Source: Candidatus Velthaea sp.
GTDB lineage: Bacteria; Vulcanimicrobiota; Vulcanimicrobiia; Vulcanimicrobiales; Vulcanimicrobiaceae
Reading direction: 5' to 3'
Length of the DNA: 26,296 bases
NCBI GenBank assembly: GCA_050012475.1
Contig: JBEKHC010000075.1
Span: forward strand, 1-26,296
Part shown: piece after piece, positions 8,375 to 16,886 of the stretch
Numbering within the stretch: the first letter of the stretch is position 1
How the letters are laid out: every line of letters starts with the position of its first letter
Program-made: the position numbers and the translations under genes
The notes under the pieces: model-generated
Seen by the model: only the letters and a program-made list of their open reading frames with translations
Databases searched by the model: none
Told to the model about the DNA's origin: nothing

Positions 8375-9132
8375 TGGACGTCACCGCGATTGGTGAAGGC
8401 CGCTTCTCCGGCATCCGACACCTCGACCCACTTTTGGTCAGGCGACGTCTCGGCATCGTAGTTGTCGTGCCAGTTCCACCACTTGTAGGGCGCAGTCTGG
8501 GGATAGCCTTCTGGCGAGTCCTCCCACGTCTCCTGACGGCCGAGCGGCGTGATGTCGAGGTAGCTCCAAATGGTCCCCATCGCCTCGTCGCCGCGCCAGT
8601 TGGTGAAGTAGGCGCGAAAAACGCGGTCGCCGTCGCGAAAGAAAACGTTGTGGCCGTGGTATTCGTCCACGCCGAAGTCGGAGTCGAAGCTGTCGGTAAT
8701 CGTGTACCAGGGCATCTCCCAACCCATTCGCGCCTTCAGGCGCGTTATGTCCGCCTGCGGCGCCCGTGAGGCGTACACCAGGGTAGTGTCGCGGGCGTTG
8801 AGATGGGCGAGATGGGAAACCTGGTCGGCTCCCAAGGAGCAACCGCGGCAGGCGTGTTCGGGCCACCCGAACACGCCGGGCTCGAAAAAGGCGCGATAGA
8901 TAATCAATTGCCGGCGGCCCTCGAACAGGTCGACCAGGCCAACCTTGCCGCGTGGTCCCTCGAATTCGTATGCTCTGGTGATTTCCATCCACGGCATCCG
9001 CCGGCGTTCGGCAGCGAGGGCGTCATGAGCTCGCATCTGGGCCTTTTCCTTAACGAGCAACTGCTGCTGCGCAGCTTCCCACGCTTCCGGCGAGACAATT
9101 TGTGGCGTTTTCATCGCTTGGTCAGTCATCAT
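8371..9132 (-). CDS. DUF899 family thioredoxin-like protein
   Basis: Motifs LLVKEK...LAAERRRMPW, LVDLFEGRRQL, CRGCS (CxxC), HLNARDTT and LDITPLGRQETWEDSPEGYPQ. SD GGGAG upstream. Confidence 0.93.
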   Translation of the reverse strand: MMTDQAMKTPQIVSPEAWEAAQQQLLVKEKAQMRAHDALAAERRRMPWMEITRAYEFEGPRGKVGLVDLFEGRRQLIIYRAFFEPGVFGWPEHACRGCSLGADQVSHLAHLNARDTTLVYASRAPQADITRLKARMGWEMPWYTITDSFDSDFGVDEYHGHNVFFRDGDRVFRAYFTNWRGDEAMGTIWSYLDITPLGRQETWEDSPEGYPQTAPYKWWNWHDNYDAETSPDQKWVEVSDAGEAAFTNRGDVQ

Positions 9133-9154
9133 TTGGATCTCCCTTTCGTCGACG

Positions 9155-9185
9155 ATACAGACACGGCGGGTTCCAGAAACTGGGC
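9155..9185 (-). promoter_or_regulatory. Candidate ECF promoter of DUF899 (motif copy 1)
   Basis: GCCCAGTTTC-N11-GTGTCTGTAT; matches the copy upstream of the sigma gene. Confidence 0.7.
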
Positions 9186-9223
9186 GCGTGAGAGCCTAAT
9201 TTTTTTGAGCGTGCCCAAACACG

Positions 9224-10201
9224 TCAGGTGAGCGTTTGCGACAGACCGAACCAGGGGAGCACGCCGGTCTCGAAGCGGGTAATGGCGCAGATCTTGTCCC
9301 CACGAAGCGTAAGAACGGCCATGCCGGTCTGGTGCTTGGTGCCGTCCGGAGCGTGAAGATAAGCCACCAACGCCGGCTGACCGTTCGCACGCGTCGGCAC
9401 GAGCTCGTATGGCCGTTTGGGGATGAGTCGCGCATAAAAGCGGCCCACGGCATCGCGGCCGGTGTATTCGAAGGGGATCGGCGGCATCGAGAGGCACACA
9501 TCGTCGGTGAGCATGGCGACGAGCGCGTCGATGTCGCCAGACTGATACGCGCGGACGAACTTTGCCACGCACGCCTGCTCTTGCGGTGAGTTCGGCGCAG
9601 GTGCCGATCCTCGCTCGCCGACCGTCGGCTTGTGTGCCTGCAGCGTGGCGCGGGCACGTTTGAGTGCGCTATTGACGGACTCGACGGTGGTATCGAGCAT
9701 ATCGGCTACCTCGCTCGCGCGGGAGTCGAGCACTTCGCGCAAAATCAGCACGGCGCGTTGGCGAGCGGGCAGCAACTGGAGCGCGGTCACGAAGGCCAGG
9801 GAGATGGCCTCGCTCCGCTCGTAACGCAGCTCTGGGCCGAGAAGCGCGTCGGGAAAAGGCTCGAGCCAGACGACTTCGTTCAATCCCGTCGGCTCGGGCG
9901 GCTCAACCCCGGGAATGTCCCATTCCTTCGGTCCGCGCCTCTTGGTGGTGCGAAGCCGGTTGAGGCACCGGTTGGTGGCGATCCGGTAGAGCCACGTGCG
10001 AAACGTGGAGCGTCCCTCGAACGCACCGAGGCCCTGCCACGCAGCCAGCAGCGTGTCCTGGAGCGCGTCCTCGGCGTCATGCAACGATCCGAGCATACGA
10101 TAACAGTGCGTCTGCAGCTCTCGTCGGTGCAGTTCGATCAACTCGCGGAACGCATCGCCATCCCCGGCGCGCGCTTTGGCGATTAGCTCGGTCTCCCCCA
10201 C
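9224..10201 (-). CDS. ECF sigma-70 factor with C-terminal SnoaL-like domain (SigG/ECF56-like)
   Basis: Region 2 HCYRMLGSLHDAEDALQDTLLAAW...WLYRIATNRCL; WLEPFPD linker; region 4 LPARQRAVLILREV...VNSALKRARATL; SnoaL-like tail GDIDALVAMLTDD...TRANGQPA. Confidence 0.93.
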   Translation of the reverse strand: MGETELIAKARAGDGDAFRELIELHRRELQTHCYRMLGSLHDAEDALQDTLLAAWQGLGAFEGRSTFRTWLYRIATNRCLNRLRTTKRRGPKEWDIPGVEPPEPTGLNEVVWLEPFPDALLGPELRYERSEAISLAFVTALQLLPARQRAVLILREVLDSRASEVADMLDTTVESVNSALKRARATLQAHKPTVGERGSAPAPNSPQEQACVAKFVRAYQSGDIDALVAMLTDDVCLSMPPIPFEYTGRDAVGRFYARLIPKRPYELVPTRANGQPALVAYLHAPDGTKHQTGMAVLTLRGDKICAITRFETGVLPWFGLSQTLT

Positions 10202-10242
10202 TTCGTCCCCGCGTCTCTTTATCGATCCCCTTGCCTATCCCC

Positions 10243-10272
10243 ATATCGACACCAGACTGGTCGAAACTGGGC
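10243..10272 (-). promoter_or_regulatory. Candidate autoregulatory ECF promoter (motif copy 2)
   Basis: GCCCAGTTTC-N10-GTGTCGATAT, about 40 nt upstream of the sigma start codon. Confidence 0.7.
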
Positions 10273-10285
10273 AGTCAAACCGCAC

Positions 10286-10311
10286 AAAACGCCGCCGTTA
10301 AAGCAACGGCG
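10286..10311 (-). terminator. Possible intrinsic terminator after the 10456 gene
   Basis: Minus strand CGCCGTT-GCTTT-AACGGCG followed by GCGTTTT. Confidence 0.35.
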
Positions 10312-10455
10312 TGCGGCGCAAGGTCCGCCATCCATTCGAGGTTTGCCTCCGTCGCGCCGGGGGCAGACCACATCTTGTTCGCTACCTCGGCAAAGGGCCA
10401 TTGAGCCACGTCACAATGAACGACCGGCGAACGCGCGCGATCGATGAATCCGCAA

Positions 10456-10818
10456 TCACTGATGCAATGATGACTGCGCTGTGTTGAGAAGGGTCGTGGT
10501 GTCCACCTCCGCATTGTGCACGAACCCGAGGACGTTCGCCGATCGATTTGACCCGCTCCGAACGACCCGGACGCAAATCTGATTGCCATTGATCGTCGTG
10601 CGGCATTCAGCAGAAGACGGATCCCCTAACCACCGCCGGACATGTTTTGCGATTGCGGTGGCCGTTTTCGCCGGTAACACGATCGGCGCAGAAACGGTCA
10701 CAAGGATCGTTTTGCCTTCCGGCACGTCGTCGCGCAGCGTCGATTGCAACTGAGAAATGAGCCGCAGTGCGACTTTGTCGAATCGCAAGCCGCGCTGCGG
10801 TGTGCTTCTCTCGCTCAC
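10456..10818 (-). CDS. Hypothetical protein (120 aa)
   Basis: Protein-like alpha/beta composition (LRFDKVALRL...VTVSAPIVLPAKTA...VLGFVHN). Starts 37 nt after the sigma gene on the same strand. Confidence 0.75.
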   Translation of the reverse strand: MSERSTPQRGLRFDKVALRLISQLQSTLRDDVPEGKTILVTVSAPIVLPAKTATAIAKHVRRWLGDPSSAECRTTINGNQICVRVVRSGSNRSANVLGFVHNAEVDTTTLLNTAQSSLHQ

Positions 10819-10855
10819 TCTTCAACCCGCATCCGTGAAAAACCGCCACTACCGG

Positions 10856-11749
10856 TTAGTGCTCGATCACCGATCGTTCGAGCGTGGCGCGGTCGGCGAT
10901 GAGATCGACCTCCGTGATGCGCTCGTCCACGACGCGAAAGCGAAACGCAACCCGGACCACGCCGTCGTGCATCCAAACCGCTCCAGGTTCGCCATCGATG
11001 AAGACCGGCTGCGCAGCACGCGCACGGCCGGAAAACGTCCGTGCAACGGTTTCCGCGCCTACGATTCCAGTCTCCAAACGATCGCTCTCCCAGTACGCCG
11101 CGCCGCCCATCGCCACCACCGCCGCGTCCGCGCGAAGCGTTGCAGCCGGATCGAGCAGTGCGAGCAGCGCGGAAAAATTTCCCGACCGCGAAGCTTCGAG
11201 AAACGCGCGTACGAGTTCGTCGCGCCGCTGCGTCGCGCCATCGCGGGTACCCGATGTGCCGCGCACGCGGCGGCGCGCGCGGCTTGCTAACTGCCGCGTC
11301 GCCTCCGGCGTTCTTCCGACGATCGCGGCAATGTCATCGAACGGAACGTCGAACATGTCGTGCAGCACGAATGCAACGCGCTCCGCCGGCGGCAGCGCAT
11401 CGAGCAGGATCAAGAGAGCCAACCCGATCGAATCGGCGAGCATCGCCTCTTCCTCCGGGCGTTCGCCGGGAGCGATTGCGGGAATGTGGTGACGCGGATC
11501 ATCCGGCGTCAATTGCTCGCGCCGGCTTTCGCGCCATTTCAGCGCGTCGAGGCAGACACGCGCCACAACCGTCGTGAGCCAACCCTCGAAATTCACGACG
11601 CGCGCAACGTCCGCGCGGCTGACGCGCAGCCAGCTTTCCTGCAGCGCGTCGTCGGATTCTGCAACCGATCCCAACATTCGCAGCGCAACCCGCTGCAAGC
11701 GCGGGCGAGCGGCCTGGAATTGTTCCGCGAGGCACTCCACATCTCTCAA
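10856..11749 (-). CDS. ECF sigma-70 factor with C-terminal SnoaL-like extension (ECF41-related)
   Basis: RLQRVALRMLGSVAESDDALQESWLR, WLTTVVARVCLD, LPPAERVAFVLHDMFDVPFDDIA...RQLASRARRRVR, AFLEASRSGNFSALLALLDP. SD GGAGG before TTG. Confidence 0.93.
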   Translation of the reverse strand: MRDVECLAEQFQAARPRLQRVALRMLGSVAESDDALQESWLRVSRADVARVVNFEGWLTTVVARVCLDALKWRESRREQLTPDDPRHHIPAIAPGERPEEEAMLADSIGLALLILLDALPPAERVAFVLHDMFDVPFDDIAAIVGRTPEATRQLASRARRRVRGTSGTRDGATQRRDELVRAFLEASRSGNFSALLALLDPAATLRADAAVVAMGGAAYWESDRLETGIVGAETVARTFSGRARAAQPVFIDGEPGAVWMHDGVVRVAFRFRVVDERITEVDLIADRATLERSVIEH

Positions 11750-11769
11750 GAATCGCCTCCCTAATGGGC

Positions 11770-11797
11770 TGTCACGTTTGACCGCGCTGGATCCGTC
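11770..11797 (+). promoter_or_regulatory. ECF41-type promoter of the VOC gene
   Basis: TGTCACG-N17-CGTC versus the described ECF41 consensus TGTCACA-N16-CGTC. Confidence 0.7.
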
Positions 11798-11821
11798 AAG
11801 GGATGGAAGGAGGATGAAATC

Positions 11822-12163
11822 TTGGACGTTTCCCTGATCACTTACACCGTTGCCGACCTGACCAAAGCCAAGCGATTCTTTGGCGAGCTCATTGGTGCCG
11901 ACCCCTATGCCGATTCACCCGGCTACGTCGGCTACAAGAGCGGCGCCATGGAAATCGGGCTGGTTCCGGCCGGAAATGGGCGTGCAGCGGGTGCGCTCGC
12001 CTACTGGACGGTTAGCGACATCGAGGCAAGCGTGAAAGCGCTAGTGGCCGCCGGCGGCACGGTCGTACAAGAGATTACCGACGTCGCCTACGGACTGCTC
12101 GTCGCCAGCGTCAAAGACCCCAACGGCTCGATCGTTGGGTTGCGACAGCCGCCCAAGGGCTGA
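11822..12163 (+). CDS. VOC (glyoxalase/bleomycin resistance) family protein
   Basis: YTVADLTKAKRFF, YWTVSDIEASVKALVAAGG and VKDPNGSIVGLRQ. SD AGGAGG (11808-11813) before TTG. Confidence 0.92.
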   Translation: MDVSLITYTVADLTKAKRFFGELIGADPYADSPGYVGYKSGAMEIGLVPAGNGRAAGALAYWTVSDIEASVKALVAAGGTVVQEITDVAYGLLVASVKDPNGSIVGLRQPPKG

Positions 12164-12386
12164 GGGGTATTCTTGAAGCTTGGGGGGTGGTCGCCGTCTG
12201 GGCACGATCGGTTCCGAGACGCGGACGAACATGCGGGGCAATCACAAACACGCGCCAGCGCTCTGGACGCGGACCACCCTCTCCCAATTCAGCGGCAACA
12301 ACGGCGACGGCGCATTTCCCTAAGGCAATCGCCATCGATTCAAGCGACCTGCGATTCGACACGGGAGGAGCGCGCTGGGTCGGCGA

Positions 12387-14006
12387 TCAGCGATCGTCCA
12401 GATCAGCGATCGTCCAATCGTAGACGTTCCAAAACGGGTCGTACGATGACGGGTCGAGACCGTGCAGCCAATCGGCGCTCACCCAGAGATCGTCGATGCG
12501 GAACAGCGGATCGAACGCCGCGTCGGCCAGTAGCCGGCGCTGCACGGCGGCGAGTGCGCGCGTTCGGAGCGCACGATCGAACGTCGATGCCTGTTCCTTG
12601 AGGTCGGCATCGAGGCGCGAATCGCAGAAATGCCAGAAATTGAAGCCGGCCGGGGCGCGTTGATCGCACGCAAAGAGCCACGAGATATCCGGATCGGGAT
12701 TCGTTTGCAAGCCAAGCAGCGCCAGATCGAACTTGCCCGTTGCGAGAATTCCGCCGGCCGCAGCAGTGTCAAACAGCAGACCGGCTTGATACGGTTTTTG
12801 ATCGACGTGAATGTGCACTTGCTCGAGATTCGCCGCGATGGCCACCGGAAGAACGCCGTCTCCGCCGCTCGGGTACACCATCGTAAAGCTCAGTGTTTGA
12901 TCGCCTTTCCGACGGGTGCCGTCCGGAACGACTTTCCAGCCGGCCTCATCGAGCAAGCGGCCTGATGCCGTTGGATCGAACGCCGGCGGGTTGACGCTTG
13001 GATCGAGTGCCCACTGGAAGATCGGCAGCATCGTCCGGTCGGTTTTGTACAAGCCGTGACCGACGACGGCAGCCAGTTTGCTGCTATCGATTGCGAGCAT
13101 GACGGCACGACGGACGCGAGTGTCGGCAAGCGCCGGAGTACCAAGGTTCAAGCCGACCTGCACCCAACCCAGTGACGGCGACGTGTAGCGCGCGATCGCT
13201 TCGGCCGGAAGCTGATTGATCTCCGACGGCTGGACGTGCAGCAGGTCGATTTCATGCGTTTTGAGCTGCAGCAGCGCGGTCGTGGTCGACGGGATGATTC
13301 GGACATCGATGAGTGGGACTTTGGGGCGACCGCGCCAGTAGCTCGCGTTTGCTTCGAGGCGGATCGCATCGCCGCGCTTCCATTCGACGATGTTATACGG
13401 ACCGTTGCCGACGGGCAACGCGTTGTACGGCACATGATTGAGATCCGAAAACGCGCCGAGCAAATGCTTGGGCAGCGGCACGCTGAACGAGATCGACGCG
13501 AAGATATTTGGATCCGGGCGCTTGAGATCGAAGACGATTGTCTGCGCGTTGGGCAGATGCATCGCTTGAATCTGATCGGCCCCGTTGCGGCTGCCGATGA
13601 CGTTGGCCGGGTTGAGCAACTCGTCGAACGCGAACTTGACGTCGGCAGACGTTACCGGGAAACCGTCCGACCAAACGGTTCCGCGCCGCAGATGAAACGT
13701 AACGTGGCGGCCGTCCGCCGAGATCCCGCCGTTCCGAAGGGTCGGCTCTTCCGTTGCGAGCGCCGGAACTCTTCGGTCGTTCGGGCCGAGGCGCAACAGC
13801 GGCTCGTACGCCAGTTCGGTCACCATGGTAAACCAATAACCGCTCAGAAAAAGCGGGTTGAGCGACGTCGGCTCGCCGATGAGCGCGAAACGCACGCGAT
13901 CGTGAGCCGCGCGCGCCGGCATTGGAGCGATCAGCCCGACGCTCCCGGCGAGTGCCGCCAAAAACGAACTGACGAGCCGTCGACAATTTGACCGCTTGAG
14001 AGTCAT
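12387..14006 (-). CDS. Peptide/nickel ABC transporter substrate-binding protein (family 5)
   Basis: Signal peptide; EPTSLNP, TFHLRRGTVWSDGFPVTSADVKF, PVGNGPY and LADTRVRRAVMLAID motifs. Confidence 0.93.
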   Translation of the reverse strand: MTLKRSNCRRLVSSFLAALAGSVGLIAPMPARAAHDRVRFALIGEPTSLNPLFLSGYWFTMVTELAYEPLLRLGPNDRRVPALATEEPTLRNGGISADGRHVTFHLRRGTVWSDGFPVTSADVKFAFDELLNPANVIGSRNGADQIQAMHLPNAQTIVFDLKRPDPNIFASISFSVPLPKHLLGAFSDLNHVPYNALPVGNGPYNIVEWKRGDAIRLEANASYWRGRPKVPLIDVRIIPSTTTALLQLKTHEIDLLHVQPSEINQLPAEAIARYTSPSLGWVQVGLNLGTPALADTRVRRAVMLAIDSSKLAAVVGHGLYKTDRTMLPIFQWALDPSVNPPAFDPTASGRLLDEAGWKVVPDGTRRKGDQTLSFTMVYPSGGDGVLPVAIAANLEQVHIHVDQKPYQAGLLFDTAAAGGILATGKFDLALLGLQTNPDPDISWLFACDQRAPAGFNFWHFCDSRLDADLKEQASTFDRALRTRALAAVQRRLLADAAFDPLFRIDDLWVSADWLHGLDPSSYDPFWNVYDWTIADLDDR

Positions 14007-14125
14007 CGAAGCCGGTTCTGGGCCGGAAACGGCTTCCCTAGCCCGCCGCTAACTAACCGCCCTCGCCGCGGTTCCCGGCGCTGTCGGACGGCGCTACCCG
14101 CCGTCGCGACGAAACGCTCCGTGAT

Positions 14126-14659
14126 GTGAAGTACCAGCGCACCGGTCACCGGGCCAAACGCCGATCGGGCATCTGCGGCACTGCCGCAGTGGTCGTGGGG
14201 ACGGTCGCGATCCTCGCACCGACCTCGACGGCTGCCTCATCGAGCGCTTTCCTTGCGAACAGCGGCGTCCCGGTTCTTTTGCCCGCGCACACGGCACGGT
14301 TACTAGGCCCGGGCTTCCACCCCTACGTCATGGCCGCCGGCCGTCACGGGTATCTGGTTGCGTATACGAATGTCGCCCATTGCACGGGCGGACCAACCTG
14401 CGCCCAGATCCATATTGCGGGATTCGTCGCCGGCGAAGTTGACGGCAGCACGCGGGAGATGGGAACGGTGATCGCTCTTCCCCATCACCATTGGGCACGC
14501 TACGAACCAGCGCGCTGCGACATCAGTGGGCCCTGCCGAGAGGCTACCCTCACGTTCCGCCACGGCGACGGCTGGTATGAGTTGTCGGCTGGGAACACGC
14601 ACGGCGACCCGGCGGCCTTCCTCCGGGCGATGTATTGCGCCCTGCGTCCGCTGCCTTAG
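14126..14659 (+). CDS. Secreted hypothetical protein with two Cys pairs
   Basis: Basic N-region plus hydrophobic signal; VPVLLP, CTGGPTC and CDISGPC. Start uncertain. Confidence 0.7.
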   Translation: MKYQRTGHRAKRRSGICGTAAVVVGTVAILAPTSTAASSSAFLANSGVPVLLPAHTARLLGPGFHPYVMAAGRHGYLVAYTNVAHCTGGPTCAQIHIAGFVAGEVDGSTREMGTVIALPHHHWARYEPARCDISGPCREATLTFRHGDGWYELSAGNTHGDPAAFLRAMYCALRPLP

Positions 14660-14807
14660 GGCCGGCATCGACCGCCGTCAAAAGTTCCGCCGGCCTGGCC
14701 GACGTGCCACTACGTTAACTATTTGCGCGAAGAGTCAGCGTACAGTTGCTCCCGACCCCTTCAGACCGATGGAATAAGTGGCTTACCACTTTCCATGTAG
14801 GGATCGC

Positions 14808-16871
14808 ATGTTAACGTTTTGGAGCAATTGTAAACTTGGCTTGAAGATGCAGGCCGCCTTCGGGCTGGTCATGTTCATCTTCCTCGGTGCCCTTGCCGGC
14901 GTGATCGTCCTATACGAACAAGTCGAGGCAATGCACGCCCTTCAAGATACGCAGCTGATGCCTGCGCGCATTGCCATCCTGCGCACGGAACTGTTCATAC
15001 GAAGCGCGGACGACGATGGCGGTTTCTACATGATGGAACCCCAAACCGCTGCAGCGGCAGAATACATGCGCGATTATCGCCAAGATGTCGCCACGTTCAA
15101 AGCCGAGCTTGCAACGGCAACCGCATTGGCTCAAAACGACGCGCAGCGCGCGGCGATCGCAGAATACCATACTTTGCTCGACGGTAAGCAAGGCTATTGG
15201 CAGGGCAACGAGGATGCGTTCGCGCTCAAAACCGCCGGACATCGAGCTGAGGGCCAAAAGGTATACGTCGCGACGTCGATCGCTCCGGTCGTCGCCGCCG
15301 GCGAGAAATACCGGACCGACATCAAGACGATGAATGAAGCCGTCAACGCGGAAGCAAATCGGCTTTCGGCGCTCGCAAAAACGCTTGGACTCGTGCTTGC
15401 CGTCGTTGCGCTTCTCGTTGGCTTCGGAATTGCCACACTCTTATCGCGCAGCATCGCGCGCGGCGTCGGCAGCACGACCTTGGCCATGAGCGAAGTCGTC
15501 TCCGAAGACATCGCGGAGCTTACGCTGGTGTTAAAGCGACTGGCCAACGGAGACCTCACCGGAACGTTCGCTTCCAATCGCGCTGCGTCGAAAGTCACCG
15601 GCAATGACGAGATCGGAGCCCTCGGCAAAACGTACAATGCCTTAGCTGCCGCACTGGCCGAGATGGCAGCCCAGTATACCATCGCGACGGACAATCTGCG
15701 CGGGCTCGTTTCGGGCTTAGCTCTGACGAGCAAATCGCTGGCAGCCGCTTCGGACGAAGCGTCGGCGGCCGCCCAACAGTCGGCGACGGCGGTTGACGAG
15801 ATCGCCCAAGGAGCCACGCTCGTCGCTTCGGGGGCGCAGGACCAAGCGGCGCAAATCGCCAGCACCACGGTCGCAATCGAGGAGCTGAGCCGAACGGCGG
15901 AACAGATCGCGCAGGTCGCCGCCCATCAGGCTGACTCGATCGCCGAAACGACAGCGGCGCTCCAGAAGCTCGACAACGGCATCGGTGCTCTGTCAACCCA
16001 GGGCGCAACGCTGACTGCCGCGGCCCGCGAGGCGTCTGCCGAAGCCGCCGCCGGCAACACCGACGTTGCGGAGACTGCCGGCACGATCGCGCAGCTCAAG
16101 AACGTGTCGATGACGGCCGCCGGCGCGATGTCTAGCCTCGAAGAGCGCTCCGCTCAAGTGGAAGACATTGTCGACACGATTGAGGAGATCGCCGATCAAA
16201 CCAACCTGCTGGCTCTCAATGCGGCGATCGAAGCTGCACGCGCCGGCGAGCACGGACGCGGCTTCGCGGTCGTAGCCGACGAAGTCCGCAAGTTGGCCGA
16301 GCGCAGCTCGACGGCGACCAAAGAGATCTCCAAGATTCTCAGCGACATCAAACGCGAAACGATCGCCGCCGCCCTTGCGATGCGAACGTCGTCGGCATCC
16401 ATGGACTCGGGAATTACGGTATCGCAGCGCGCTTCACGCTCGCTCGAAACCGTCGGCACGGCCATCGCGACCACGACCAACGTTGCCGAATCGCTTGCCG
16501 GGCAGGCTCGAGAAATGCAAGAAGCCTCCAAGCACGTTACCGAGAACATGGCCAGCGCGTCGGCGGCGGTCGAGGAAAACGCGTCGGCGGCTGCTGAAAT
16601 GCGGCGCACGACAGACCATGTGACGAACGCAATGGTTCCGGTCGCGGCGACCGCGTCGCAGAGCGCGGCAACAGCTCAGCAAGCCGTCATCTCGCTCCGC
16701 CAACTCGCGTTGGGCATCGCCGAGATCGATTCCACCGCCCGTGCGCTGCGCGATCAGGCGGTGCAGCTCGAGGGTCTCGTCGCCAAGTTTACTTTCGCGG
16801 AGTCCGGCCCGGGGCTGGTTCACGGGAACGACAAGTTCGCGCGGCGGCCGGCAGCAGCGCTTCACCGCTAA
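14808..16871 (+). CDS. Methyl-accepting chemotaxis protein
   Basis: Two TMs flanking a ~170-aa helical sensor domain, HAMP (GNDEIGALG), and signalling tip [43 protein letters not shown] 14808 after AGGGA preferred over GTG 14778. Confidence 0.96.
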   Translation: MLTFWSNCKLGLKMQAAFGLVMFIFLGALAGVIVLYEQVEAMHALQDTQLMPARIAILRTELFIRSADDDGGFYMMEPQTAAAAEYMRDYRQDVATFKAELATATALAQNDAQRAAIAEYHTLLDGKQGYWQGNEDAFALKTAGHRAEGQKVYVATSIAPVVAAGEKYRTDIKTMNEAVNAEANRLSALAKTLGLVLAVVALLVGFGIATLLSRSIARGVGSTTLAMSEVVSEDIAELTLVLKRLANGDLTGTFASNRAASKVTGNDEIGALGKTYNALAAALAEMAAQYTIATDNLRGLVSGLALTSKSLAAASDEASAAAQQSATAVDEIAQGATLVASGAQDQAAQIASTTVAIEELSRTAEQIAQVAAHQADSIAETTAALQKLDNGIGALSTQGATLTAAAREASAEAAAGNTDVAETAGTIAQLKNVSMTAAGAMSSLEERSAQVEDIVDTIEEIADQTNLLALNAAIEAARAGEHGRGFAVVADEVRKLAERSSTATKEISKILSDIKRETIAAALAMRTSSASMDSGITVSQRASRSLETVGTAIATTTNVAESLAGQAREMQEASKHVTENMASASAAVEENASAAAEMRRTTDHVTNAMVPVAATASQSAATAQQAVISLRQLALGIAEIDSTARALRDQAVQLEGLVAKFTFAESGPGLVHGNDKFARRPAAALHR

Positions 16872-16886
16872 GGCGATTTCCGCCCG

